64,000 bases of DNA from an uncultured Acidimicrobiia bacterium (lineage in GTDB: Bacteria > Actinomycetota > Acidimicrobiia > Spongiisociales > UBA5794), in the NCBI GenBank assembly GCA_963753185.1, contig CAVWBO010000007.1, positions 2,507,805-2,571,804 on the forward strand, in the 5' to 3' direction. The notes beneath the pieces were generated by a model. It searched no databases, was not told the DNA's origin, and saw nothing but the letters and a program-made list of their open reading frames with translations. The translations under genes and the position numbers were made by a program. Positions 26,924 to 36,398 of this stretch are shown piece by piece. Within the stretch, counting starts at the first letter, position 1. The number at the start of each line of letters is the position of its first letter.

Positions 26924-27484
26924 ATGGGACGAAAAGCCGGTATCGACTACGACAGTGTCATCGCGAGCGCAACGCGTATCGCCGATCGGGATGGACTCGA
27001 CGCCGCAACGCCGAGTGCGGTGGCAGCGGATCTCGGAATCAGGACGCCGTCGCTCTACTACCACGTGGACGGAGCGGCGGGTCTCCGACGAGCGCTCGCA
27101 CTCCACAGCGCGGGGCTCCTGACCGAGTACTTCGAGGGTGCCGTTGCGGGTGCGGAGGGAGGCGCCAGGCTCAGGGCGATCGCTACGGCGTACCGCCGGT
27201 TCGCCGTCGACCATCCTGGACTCCATGCGGCACTCCTCCCCGCGCCGGTGCCTGGCGAGGATGACGAGCTCTATGAGGCAATGGCGGCGCCCGTTGCGAT
27301 CGTGGCGACCGGCGCCGCATCGAATGGGCTCCCCGACGAAGACGCCATCCACCTCATACGAGCCCTCAGGGCAATGCTCTTCGGGTTCGTCGAGCTCGAG
27401 GCGAGGGGCGGATTCGGACTCCCTGTCGACATCGACCGGAGCTTCGACGTCGCCGTCGACCTCATCGTCGATCGCCTCGCCTGA
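26924..27484 (+). CDS. TetR/AcrR-family transcriptional regulator
   Basis: 186 aa. N-terminal HTH (SAVAADLGIRTPSLYYHV) and a TetR C-terminal ligand domain. Immediately upstream of the beta-eliminating lyase gene. Confidence 0.75.
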   Translation: MGRKAGIDYDSVIASATRIADRDGLDAATPSAVAADLGIRTPSLYYHVDGAAGLRRALALHSAGLLTEYFEGAVAGAEGGARLRAIATAYRRFAVDHPGLHAALLPAPVPGEDDELYEAMAAPVAIVATGAASNGLPDEDAIHLIRALRAMLFGFVELEARGGFGLPVDIDRSFDVAVDLIVDRLA

Positions 27485-27550
27485 CACCATCGGAACCTCG
27501 GCACAGTCGCGGTGCTCGTGTCACACTCTGACGAGCAACGGAAGGGATCC

Positions 27551-28930
27551 ATGGAGTACGAGACCATCATCGAGCCGTTCCGGATCCACACGGTCCAGGC
27601 CATCGACCTGCCAGATGCCCGGCAACGCGAGGCCGCCCTCGAGCGCAGCGGCTACAACCTCTTCGGTCTCCATGCGGACGAGGTGATCATCGATCTCCTC
27701 ACCGACTCAGGTACGGGGGCCATGTCGTCGGAGCAGTGGGCTGGCATGATGCGTGGCGACGAGTCCTATGCGGGATCGAGATCGTTCTATCGCTTCGAGG
27801 AGGTCGTCAAGGGCATCACGGGCTTCGAGCATGTGATCCCCACCCACCAGGGACGCGCCGCGGAGAAGATCCTCTTCTCGGTTGCGGTCGATGAGGGTGA
27901 CGTGGTGCCGAACAACACCCATTTCGACACCACCAGGGCCAACGTGGAGTACCGGGGAGCCGAGGCTCGGGATCTCGTGATTCCCGAAGGCATGGACCCC
28001 GGTGCGATCGTTCCGTTCAAGGGCAACATGGACGTGGACGCGCTCCGTGCGACGATTTCCGATGTGGGTCCCGACCGCGTCCCGCTCGTGATGGTGACCG
28101 TCACCAACAACTCCGGAGGCGGACAGCCAGTCTCGATGGCCAACCTGCGCGCCGTACGGGCGGTGTGCGATGAGTTCGGCGTTCCGATGTTCCTCGATGC
28201 ATGTCGGTTCGGTGAGAACGCGTGGTTCATCAAGATGCGCGAGGAGGGGTACGCAGACCGCACACCTCGCGAGATCGCAAAGGAGATGTTCTCGCTTGCC
28301 GACGGCGCGACCATGTCGGCGAAGAAGGACGGCATGGCCAACATCGGCGGCTTCCTGGCGATGAACGATCCCTCGATGGCACAGAGTGCCAGGAACCTCC
28401 TGATCCTCACGGAGGGCTTCCCGACCTACGGAGGCCTTGCCGGATACGACCTCGAAGCAGTCGCCATCGGCCTCGAGGAGGTGCTCGACGAGAACTACCT
28501 CAGGTACAGGATCCGCTCGACGGAGTACCTCGCGAATCGGGTGCTCGGAGCGGGTGTGCCGATCGTCCAGCCCCCTGGCGGGCATGCGGTGTACCTCGAC
28601 GCCGCCGGCCTCCTCCCCCACATCCCGAGCCACGAGTACCCGGCGCAGTCGCTCGCCGTCGACCTCTACCGCCGCGGAGGTGTGCGGGGGGTCGAGATCG
28701 GAACGGTCATGTTCGGCCGGACCGACCCTGGCGGTGGCCCGGATGTCCCTGGCCCGATGGAGCTCGTGAGACTGGCGATCCCGCGCCGGACGTACACCCA
28801 GAGCCACATCGACTACGTGGGAGAGGTCGTCATCGACGCCGCGTCGCACGCGTCGTCCCTGCGCGGCTACCGGATCGTCGAGCAAGCGCCGTGGCTGAGG
28901 CACTTCACCGCACGATTCGCACCGTTGTGA
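27551..28930 (+). CDS. tryptophanase/tyrosine phenol-lyase family PLP-dependent beta-eliminating lyase
   Basis: 459 aa with strong family similarity. PLP lysine in the SAKKDG motif. Start at MEYETIIEPFRIHTV with a GGAAGGG RBS. Confidence 0.85.
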   Translation: MEYETIIEPFRIHTVQAIDLPDARQREAALERSGYNLFGLHADEVIIDLLTDSGTGAMSSEQWAGMMRGDESYAGSRSFYRFEEVVKGITGFEHVIPTHQGRAAEKILFSVAVDEGDVVPNNTHFDTTRANVEYRGAEARDLVIPEGMDPGAIVPFKGNMDVDALRATISDVGPDRVPLVMVTVTNNSGGGQPVSMANLRAVRAVCDEFGVPMFLDACRFGENAWFIKMREEGYADRTPREIAKEMFSLADGATMSAKKDGMANIGGFLAMNDPSMAQSARNLLILTEGFPTYGGLAGYDLEAVAIGLEEVLDENYLRYRIRSTEYLANRVLGAGVPIVQPPGGHAVYLDAAGLLPHIPSHEYPAQSLAVDLYRRGGVRGVEIGTVMFGRTDPGGGPDVPGPMELVRLAIPRRTYTQSHIDYVGEVVIDAASHASSLRGYRIVEQAPWLRHFTARFAPL

Positions 28931-28934
28931 GCTC

Positions 28935-29177
28935 CTAGAGGCCGAGGAGCCTGCGCGTCCCCAATACGTCGAGGAAGAACGAGTCGTCCCTCGCGCCCTC
29001 CTCGAGCGTGCGATGGATCTCCGCGAGCTTCTGCGCGACCGGTGCCGGCGAGATGACCGCGACGACCTGCGCGCCCCTGACCACGGAAACGGTCACATGC
29101 TCCATCTCGATTCGCTCGAGGATGGAAGCCGTGTCCTCGCAGAACGCCTCGACGTCGACGAATTCGTGACCTTCCAT
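28935..29177 (-). CDS. Phd/YefM-family type II antitoxin-like protein (orphan)
   Basis: 80 aa. Phd/YefM-like pattern ...ILERIEMEHVTVSVVRGAQVVAVISPAPV. No toxin gene adjacent. Weak RBS. Confidence 0.4.
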   Translation of the reverse strand: MEGHEFVDVEAFCEDTASILERIEMEHVTVSVVRGAQVVAVISPAPVAQKLAEIHRTLEEGARDDSFFLDVLGTRRLLGL

Positions 29178-29319
29178 GCGCCCATCGTACGCCTTTGATC
29201 CCTCGCCGGTGCCATCGATCCCACCGATGGGACGATGCGCTATGCGAGCCGCCCGGTATCGTCAGGATCGACAGGCGACCGATCGCCGTTGTCGCCAATC
29301 GAACCATCGAGGGGGCACG

Positions 29320-30960
29320 ATGCGGAGACACCCGCTGCTCGCAGGAGCGCTGTCCGCGCTCGTCCCCGGTCTCGGGCAGTGGTACGCAGGCGATCCATAT
29401 CGGGCCGCGATCGCCTTCTCACCGGGCGTGCTCGTGCTCACGGCGATGTACTCCTTCTGGACACGCGGAACGATCGGCATGGCGGAACTCCTGGTGCAGC
29501 CGGGCTTCCTCACGGGAGTCCTGATCGCAAACGCGGCCATCCTCGTTTGGCGCATCGGCGCATCCGTGGACGCGTACGTGATGCTCGCCAAGACGAGGGC
29601 GCGAACCCACGGAGCGGTGATCGCGCTCACGGCCATGCTCGCCGTGCTCGCCATTCCCCAGCTCGTGGGTTGGATGTATGGATCGCAAGCCATCTCCGCC
29701 CTCAACTCCGTGTTCGTTGCGAGCGGGGAGGAGATGGACGATCCAGGCACGACCACGGGGACGACGATCATCGCGCGGAACTCCTCGGGGGTTCCGGATC
29801 CTGCCCTGATCGACATCCCGGACGCTACACCGCGATCGTCCAGGAACATGATCCTCAGGCCGGGTGTCGGGGATCCGGACGCGATCGCGGCACTCGGCGA
29901 CATTCGTGCGCCGACAACCCCGGTGGCTCCATTCGTTCCCTTCACCGAACGGGTCGACCTCGACCGGATCACGATCCTGCTCGTCGGTGGTGATGCAGGA
30001 CCCGGCCGCGAAGGCCTCCGCACGGATTCCATGAACGTCGTCACCGTGGACCTCGAGACGGGCGCGACCGCGATGTTCGGGCTGCCAAGGAACCTGAAGC
30101 TCGTTCCCCTCCCCCCGCACCTGCGAACGGCGTTCGTGGACTATGAGGAGCGCGTGATCGAGCGGGACCTGACGGACGCCGACCTCGATGGGTTCCCTGA
30201 CGCCTGGGTCGACCTCGACGGTGACGCGATCCCGGACGAGCCGGAGTTCGAGAGTTGCGAATGCTTCCCCGCGATGCTCAACGAGGTCCATGGCCAGACG
30301 CGTGAGTGGACGACGACGTACGGCAAGGAGGTCGATCCCGGACTCGCCGCGCTGAGGGACATCGTCAGCCACCTCCTCGACATCGAGATCGACTACTACT
30401 TCATGGTCGAGATGGCGGGATTCGTCAGGACGATCGATGCCATCGGCGGTGTCGACGTCTACGTCAAGGATCCGTACCACGTCATGGTGTCGTCACCCGA
30501 GGAGGGCAAGCCGAAGGCCGTGGTCAACGTGGAGCCAGGGATGAACACGCTCAGCGGCCTCGAGGCGTTGGCATACACGCGTTGGCGAATCGGTTCGTCG
30601 GACTATTCCCGCATGGGTCGTCAGCGTTGCGTCATCAAGGCAGCCGCGACCCAGGCCGATACGGTGACGCTCGTCAGGTCGTTCCCCAGGTTGCTCCGCC
30701 TCATGAAGGAGTACGTCACGACCGACATCCCAGTCGCCTTCCTGCCGGATCTGGTGAGGATCGCAGGCACGATCGACTATCAGGACGTCGCGACGGTCGG
30801 TCTCGTGCCCCCGACGTACACGTCGGGCAGGACTCCGGCGCACTATCCGATCCCCGACGTCGAGCGGATGCGTTGGAAGGTGCGTGACGTTATCGAGAAC
30901 GGTGTGACGGCCCAGTCGAGGACAGGCGCATCCGAGTGCGACCCACCACCTGAGGAATAG
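29320..30960 (+). CDS. LCP-family (LytR-CpsA-Psr) cell-envelope phosphotransferase
   Basis: N-terminal TM segments, Thr-rich linker and an LCP catalytic domain (ITILLVGGDAGPGREGLRTDSMNVVTVD...). Start at MRRHPLLAGAL. Confidence 0.75.
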   Translation: MRRHPLLAGALSALVPGLGQWYAGDPYRAAIAFSPGVLVLTAMYSFWTRGTIGMAELLVQPGFLTGVLIANAAILVWRIGASVDAYVMLAKTRARTHGAVIALTAMLAVLAIPQLVGWMYGSQAISALNSVFVASGEEMDDPGTTTGTTIIARNSSGVPDPALIDIPDATPRSSRNMILRPGVGDPDAIAALGDIRAPTTPVAPFVPFTERVDLDRITILLVGGDAGPGREGLRTDSMNVVTVDLETGATAMFGLPRNLKLVPLPPHLRTAFVDYEERVIERDLTDADLDGFPDAWVDLDGDAIPDEPEFESCECFPAMLNEVHGQTREWTTTYGKEVDPGLAALRDIVSHLLDIEIDYYFMVEMAGFVRTIDAIGGVDVYVKDPYHVMVSSPEEGKPKAVVNVEPGMNTLSGLEALAYTRWRIGSSDYSRMGRQRCVIKAAATQADTVTLVRSFPRLLRLMKEYVTTDIPVAFLPDLVRIAGTIDYQDVATVGLVPPTYTSGRTPAHYPIPDVERMRWKVRDVIENGVTAQSRTGASECDPPPEE

Positions 30961-31002
30961 ACCGCTCCACCCAGCGAACTCTGCTCTCTCCCGCGACTCG
31001 GT

Positions 31003-31660
31003 CGCATCCCCTGCGTGCTCGCAGGCTCGCATGCCCCCTGGCTCACTCCGTTCGCCCGTCCCCCCTGAAGGGGGACGGCAGAGCGAAGCGATGCAGGGGG
31101 ATTCCTCGACACCCGGACCTCGCAGTCATCGGACGGTGCCAACGAGGGACAGGGGGACGGCAGAGGAGCGAAGCGACGATGCAGGGGGATTCCTCGACAC
31201 CCGGACCTCGCAGTCATCGGACGGTGCCAACGAGGGACAGGGGGACGGCAGAGCGAAGCGACGATGCAGGGGGACGTTTCCGAAGACCCACCAGCCCGGC
31301 CGCATTCCACTCCCGTGCTCGCAGGCTCGCGGACCCCCCTGGCTCACTCCGTTCGCCCGTCCCCCCTAAAGGGAGGACGAACCTCGTCCCCTCGTCCCCC
31401 TCGTCCCCCTCGTCCCCCTTTCAAGGGGGACGGCAGAGGAGCGAAGCGATGATGCAGGGGGATTCCTCGACACCCGGACCTCGCAGTCATCGGACGGTGC
31501 CAACGAGGGACAGGGGGACGGCAGAGCGAAGCGATGCAGGGGGATTCCTCGACACCCGGACCTCGCAGTCATCGGACGGTGCCAACGAGGGAGGGGGACG
31601 GCAGAGGAGCGAAGCGACGATGCAGGGGGATTCCCCGACAGCCGGACCTTCATCGGGGTC
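31003..31660. repeat. higher-order GC-rich tandem-repeat array: two blocks, each a ~65-bp leader-like segment followed by 82-88-bp direct repeats (six copies in total, two of them truncated); second block also has a (CGTCCCCCT)x4 microsatellite
   Basis: Unit: GGGGGACGGCAGAG(GAG)CGAAGCGA(CGA)TGCAGGGGGATTCCTCGACACCCGGACCTCGCAGTCATCGGACGGTGCCAACGAGGGACA. Copies begin at approximately 31070, 31152, 31240 (truncated), 31425, 31513 and 31595 (degenerate). The leader segment CGTGCTCGCAGGCTCGC...GTCCCCCCTGAAGGGGGAC occurs at about 31003 and 31315. No unique spacers are present. Confidence 0.85.
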
Positions 31661-33242
31661 AGGGGTTCGTGGTCCACAGGAGTGTGTCGGGGTGGAACTG
31701 GCTCCAGGCGAACCAGAACGCCTCGTGTGCGGCGACGGGTGTGCCGTCGACCCGCATGGCGCGAACGCCGGATCCGTCAGCGACGAGCTCGATGTCGTTC
31801 CATTGCACCGCCCCACCTGCTGAGATCATGGCCAGCGCAGCCTCGACGTCGAAGGCCATGGCCACGCCGCCTTCGATGACACCCAGCACCTTGGCCTGGA
31901 CAGGGAGCCTGCTGTCGACGTCTCCGATGGGGAAGATCGGTCCGTCGTCGTCGCGCCCGCCAAGGGGGTCGAGGTCGTACGAGCGACCGATGCCGCCGTC
32001 ACGGGCGACGATGGTCGTATCGGGGTGTGCGTCCTTCCACGCTCCCCACGTCGAGGTCACGACAGAGGTCTGGGCCAGTGTCACGCCGGCATCGAGGAGT
32101 GGGCCGGAGAGGGCTTCGCCTGTGAACGTGTCGAGCACCGAGAACGTGACGAGGTCGTACATCACCTTGTTGGATCGCGATAGCAGGCCGCTCGTCCTCA
32201 GGATCGGTTGAGCGACACCGTCCGGAACCTCGTCTGTGAAGTACGCCTGCGCCGATCCACAGAGGGTGCAGTACGGGATACCGAGCCGCCGCCCACCGAG
32301 TGTGTCGTTCACCATCTCGTGGACCTCCATGATGTTCTTCGGATACGCACGGGATTCCCCGTTGACGGTCACACCGAACACGATCCGGTCGTCGGGGTAC
32401 CAACTCCCCTCGCTGGCGCCGGTGACGGCTGGATCGTCCAGCGCGGGGATGCATCCGCGAACACATCCCGTTGTGGTTCCGAGCGGACGGTCGTCGATCA
32501 GGACACCTCCCCAGCTCACGTGGCGCCAGTCGATCAGCGCGTCAGCGTCGTCGAAGAACGCCTGCCACTTCGGTTCGACCCTTGTGAACAGCTGGGACTT
32601 CCAGTCCGCGTATCCCGCGAGGGCAGGGATGTCCCACGCGATGAGGTGGTCTGTCATCGACTGCCAGGAACTGCGCTCGAGCACGGGGTCGTCCCCCAGT
32701 GAGGTACCTGTGAGGTCTTCGAACGCATCGATGAGCGCCGCCTCGACCTGACCCCGTCCGACGAACCGGAGGATGTCGGACAGGAGCCACGCTGCGCGCG
32801 GATCACCGGAATCCCCGATGCGTGCCAGCGTCTCGAAGTTGAAGGAGACGTCGAGACCCCGGAACAAGGCTTCGATGTCGGCCACGAGCGCCGGATCAGC
32901 TAGGCCGGCGTCGACTCCGGGTGCTGCGGGAAAGACGTAGCCGACCTGATTCCTCGCCGACGCCCGCTCAGCCGGTGTGACGACGATCCCGTCTCCGGGA
33001 ACGGCACCATGTGGCTCGGTCACGGTCGACGACGTGGGAACCAGGCCGTCGAACTCGTAGCCGCTCGACGTGCACGCCGCGCTCACAATGCCTACCGCTG
33101 CTGCAAGGAGGACGACTCGGCTTCGCACGATGCCGACAACGTATGCCCCAACGCCCCGTATTCCGGTGGTGTTCACCGATTGGCAATCAGCACGTCGTCG
33201 TGGGACTCCCGAGGAGGCGGTCGCCGAGCTCGGCCTCCTCAA
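31659..33242 (-). CDS. DUF3179-domain protein (probable lipoprotein/secreted)
   Basis: Conserved DUF3179 core including GIPYCTLCGSAQAYFT. N-terminal signal with lipobox-like AAVGIVSAAC. Its stop lies inside the degenerate last repeat unit. Start uncertain. Confidence 0.6.
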   Translation of the reverse strand: MRRPSSATASSGVPRRRADCQSVNTTGIRGVGAYVVGIVRSRVVLLAAAVGIVSAACTSSGYEFDGLVPTSSTVTEPHGAVPGDGIVVTPAERASARNQVGYVFPAAPGVDAGLADPALVADIEALFRGLDVSFNFETLARIGDSGDPRAAWLLSDILRFVGRGQVEAALIDAFEDLTGTSLGDDPVLERSSWQSMTDHLIAWDIPALAGYADWKSQLFTRVEPKWQAFFDDADALIDWRHVSWGGVLIDDRPLGTTTGCVRGCIPALDDPAVTGASEGSWYPDDRIVFGVTVNGESRAYPKNIMEVHEMVNDTLGGRRLGIPYCTLCGSAQAYFTDEVPDGVAQPILRTSGLLSRSNKVMYDLVTFSVLDTFTGEALSGPLLDAGVTLAQTSVVTSTWGAWKDAHPDTTIVARDGGIGRSYDLDPLGGRDDDGPIFPIGDVDSRLPVQAKVLGVIEGGVAMAFDVEAALAMISAGGAVQWNDIELVADGSGVRAMRVDGTPVAAHEAFWFAWSQFHPDTLLWTTNP

Positions 33243-34819
33243 GCCCGGTGGACCACACGCCCCTCGACGAATGTCGCTTCCACCGTCACGGACGAGAGGT
33301 CGGCAACGGTGAACGGGTTGTCGGAGGCGATCACGAGGTCGGCAGCCTTGCCGACCTCGATCGTTCCCGTGCGGTCCTCATCGTGATTGACGAACGCCGT
33401 CCCGCGCGTGAAGGCGGTGAGGGCCTCCTCGACCGAGATCGCCTGATCCGAGAGGAAGGGCTCCTGGCTCGGCTCGGATCTCCTCGACACTGCGACCGAC
33501 ATCTGTGCGAACGGGTCTGGCGTGGACACCGACCAGTCCGACCCGGCAGCGAGGTGCGCTCCCGCATCGAGAAGGGACCGAAACGGGTACTGCCATGAAA
33601 CGCGCTCCGGACCCAGTCTGGGAATCGTCAGGTCGACCATCGTGGCGTCGTTGCACGCCCACAGCGTCTGGGCGTTCGCAGCTACGCCGAGGGCAGCGAA
33701 TCGAGGCACGTCCGCGGGATCGATGAGGTGGATATGGGCGATGTGTGGCCGGGATCGCCGGACGTCATCTGGATTCCCTGCGGCCACGGCGTCGAGGGCG
33801 CTGCGAATCGCACAGTCCCCGATCGCGTGGAAGTGTGGTTGGATCCCTGCGGCCATGATCCGCGGCACGATGTCGTTGAGAACGTCGCCGTCGAGGAACG
33901 TGATCCCGTGGTCGCCGCTGTCGACGTACGGTGCGCACACGGCGCCCGTGCCGTTCTCGATGACGCCGTCCACCATCAGCTTGATGCCCCTTGGCCGGTA
34001 CCGCTGCGTCCCTTCACCGGCCATGGCCATCAGCTCGCCGAGCTGCTCGGTGCCACGGTCCCGATTCCACCACAGCGAGCCGAACACCGATCCGATGAGA
34101 TCGCCGCGCCGGTCGAGTTCCCGGTACGCCGCGTGGTCGATCGGGCGCACCCAGGCGTCCTGCCATGCGGTGACGCCGAACGACAGCAGGTACTTCTGAG
34201 CAGCGATGATCGCCTCGAGCATGTCATCGAGCGTGTCGGGCGGTGTGTGCATGTCGACCAGGTCAACGGCGCCCTCCTGGAGCGTGCCGCTGGGGGTCCC
34301 GTCAGGATCGCGCTCGATCCTTCCGTATGCGGGGTCCGCCGTGGATCCATCGATGCCGGCGACTGCAAGGGCGGCGGAGTTCACCCAGGCTGCGTGCCCC
34401 TCGCTCGAGTGGAGCAGGACCGGCCTGTCAGGGACGATTCGGTCGAGGATCTCCTTGCGGGCGATTCCTCCCTCGAAGGCGTTCATCGGCCAGCCGCCAC
34501 CGAGGATCCAGGGCCTGTCGGGATGCGCATCTGCGTAGCCCGCAATGGTCGCTTCGTAATTGGACGGATGGACGCCATGGAGTTCGCAGCGGATCATCGC
34601 CATACCCCCCATGGGCGGATGGACGTGGGCATCCTGGAAGCCGGGGAGAAGGGCCCTGCCGCCGAGGTCGAAGAGCTCGCCTCGTGGTGGCGGACCCACA
34701 CCGAGACCGGTGATCATCGACCCGTCGATCGTCACCCAATCGGGCCGTTCGGCCGTTCCCGTCCAGATGGGGCCGTTCGTGAAGGTGGTACGCATCGCCG
34801 GACGATAAGTGCGGGTCAC
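33239..34819 (-). CDS. amidohydrolase-family metal-dependent hydrolase (Amidohydro_3-like)
   Basis: 526 aa. N-terminal HxH metal-binding motif (QDAHVHP) and C-terminal HxH/D residues. Overlaps the downstream DUF3179 gene by 4 nt and the upstream photolyase gene by 4 nt. Confidence 0.7.
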   Translation of the reverse strand: MTRTYRPAMRTTFTNGPIWTGTAERPDWVTIDGSMITGLGVGPPPRGELFDLGGRALLPGFQDAHVHPPMGGMAMIRCELHGVHPSNYEATIAGYADAHPDRPWILGGGWPMNAFEGGIARKEILDRIVPDRPVLLHSSEGHAAWVNSAALAVAGIDGSTADPAYGRIERDPDGTPSGTLQEGAVDLVDMHTPPDTLDDMLEAIIAAQKYLLSFGVTAWQDAWVRPIDHAAYRELDRRGDLIGSVFGSLWWNRDRGTEQLGELMAMAGEGTQRYRPRGIKLMVDGVIENGTGAVCAPYVDSGDHGITFLDGDVLNDIVPRIMAAGIQPHFHAIGDCAIRSALDAVAAGNPDDVRRSRPHIAHIHLIDPADVPRFAALGVAANAQTLWACNDATMVDLTIPRLGPERVSWQYPFRSLLDAGAHLAAGSDWSVSTPDPFAQMSVAVSRRSEPSQEPFLSDQAISVEEALTAFTRGTAFVNHDEDRTGTIEVGKAADLVIASDNPFTVADLSSVTVEATFVEGRVVHRA

Positions 34820-36300
34820 AGCTCTCCTCGATCGAGTGCGTCGAGGACATCGAGCGCCCGCTCGCGCACCTGGGGCATGTCGGCAAGGCGTCGGGCACCA
34901 CCGAGTTGCCTCGAGATGCGGTGGTTCCCCGCCAGGCGGTCACGGTTGCGGTCGAGGAAGTCCCAGTAGAGCGTCGTGTACGGGCAAGCATCGGGACCGG
35001 TTCGCTTCCCGGGGTCGTAGCGGCACGAACCGCAGTAGTCGCTCATCCGATTGATGTAGTTGCCGCCTGCGGCGTACGGCTTGGTCGCCATCGAGCCCCC
35101 ATCCGCGTACAAGCCCATGCCGATGACGTTGGGTTGCATGACCCAATCCCCACCATCGACGAACGAGTTCCGCATCCAAGCCGTGAGATCGGAGGGGCGG
35201 ATCCCCGCGATGAGGCCGAGGTTGGCGATGATCATGAGCCGCTGGATGTGGTGCGCATAGCCGTGGTCGTGGACGCCGGCGAGGGTCTCGGCGACGCAGT
35301 GCATCTCAGTCGTGCCCCCGCTGAACACGGGCGGCAGCGGACGCTGGGCGTCGAGGCCGTTCGAATCCCGGTATTCGGGCATCCAGATCCAGTAGACGCC
35401 CCAGACGTACTCGCGCCAGCCGATGACCTGCCGGATGAACCCTTCGGCCGACTCGATCGGAACGTGGCCGGCGCGGTAGGCCGCCTCGACCGCGTCGCAG
35501 ACCTCGGTGGGATGCAGGAGGCCCAGGTTGAGGTACGGGCTGAGGAGGGAGTGCCTCATCGACCACCGGCCTGTGAGCATCGCATCCTGGTTTGGTCCGA
35601 ATCGCGGCAGGGTGGACTCGACGAAGTGATCGAGGCGGGAAAGGGCATCCGCGCGACATGTGGCCCAGGACCCGTCGGGTGCACGACCGAACGCCGAGTC
35701 CGGCAGGGCGTCGATCACGGCCGTGTCGGTGTCGGTGAGGACGAACCGCGGCGGCTCAGGCCAGTCGGTGTCCGTCGGATCGGGCGGTTCGCGGTTCGCG
35801 GCGTCGTGGTTCCATGCTCCTCCAGCCGGAAGGTCGCCGTCCATGAGGTAGCCAAGGCGCGTCCGCTGCCAGCGGTAGAAGTCCTCCATCACGAGCCGCT
35901 GGCGGCCATCTGCCCATGCGGCAAAGTCCTCGTAGTGGCAGAGGAACTGGTTCGAGCGAACGACGCTGACGTCGAGGCCCCCCAGCATGGCCCGCATGTC
36001 CCACGACGTGGGTTCCATTACGACGATCTCGCCCGGCTGGTGCTCAGCGCGGTGCTCACGGATCCCCTCACCGAAGGTCCGAGCGGTGCGGTAGTCGACC
36101 GAGTAGCCGTCGGCCTCGAGCCCTTTCGCGAACCTCCGCATCGATGCGAGCACGACGTGCAGGCGCTGGCGATGGAAGGGACGACCGCCGATGGCGGACG
36201 ACGACTCGATCATCAGGATCCTCGTGTCCGTGGGTGACGCTCCGGCGAGGGCCGTCCCCGACCTCGACAGCTGGTCCCCGAGGATCCAAGCGGTTCTCAC
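34816..36300 (-). CDS. cryptochrome/photolyase-family protein of the FeS-BCP class ((6-4) photolyase PhrB/CryB-like, [4Fe-4S])
   Basis: N-terminal WILGDQL photolyase start, FAD-binding domain, and C-terminal cysteines (YCGSCRYD...C) typical of FeS-BCPs. GTG start with GGAAGGAG 8 nt upstream. Confidence 0.7.
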   Translation of the reverse strand: MRTAWILGDQLSRSGTALAGASPTDTRILMIESSSAIGGRPFHRQRLHVVLASMRRFAKGLEADGYSVDYRTARTFGEGIREHRAEHQPGEIVVMEPTSWDMRAMLGGLDVSVVRSNQFLCHYEDFAAWADGRQRLVMEDFYRWQRTRLGYLMDGDLPAGGAWNHDAANREPPDPTDTDWPEPPRFVLTDTDTAVIDALPDSAFGRAPDGSWATCRADALSRLDHFVESTLPRFGPNQDAMLTGRWSMRHSLLSPYLNLGLLHPTEVCDAVEAAYRAGHVPIESAEGFIRQVIGWREYVWGVYWIWMPEYRDSNGLDAQRPLPPVFSGGTTEMHCVAETLAGVHDHGYAHHIQRLMIIANLGLIAGIRPSDLTAWMRNSFVDGGDWVMQPNVIGMGLYADGGSMATKPYAAGGNYINRMSDYCGSCRYDPGKRTGPDACPYTTLYWDFLDRNRDRLAGNHRISRQLGGARRLADMPQVRERALDVLDALDRGEL

Positions 36301-36398
36301 GTTCGTGGCTCCTTCCAGCCGTCCGGTACCGGGAACGGGTGCGTATACCCGGTGAAACCCGTCACACGAAGCACGACGCCGAACACTACGGAGATTCC

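Noticed and set aside
30961-31660. Possible CRISPR array or integron attC cassette array, suggested by the regular GC-rich repeats.
   Set aside because: Units are 82-88 bp and follow one another directly, with no unique spacers or cassettes between them. No cas or intI genes are present. The units lack the RYYYAAC/GTTRRRY attC core sites.
31126-31823. ORFs of 60-214 aa inside the tandem-repeat array.
   Set aside because: The repeat unit length is not a multiple of 3, so the frame changes every copy. The peptides are low-complexity and there is no RBS. They are non-coding.
34906-36237. 443-aa plus-strand ORF.
   Set aside because: Antisense to the FeS-BCP photolyase gene, which has clear family motifs and an RBS.
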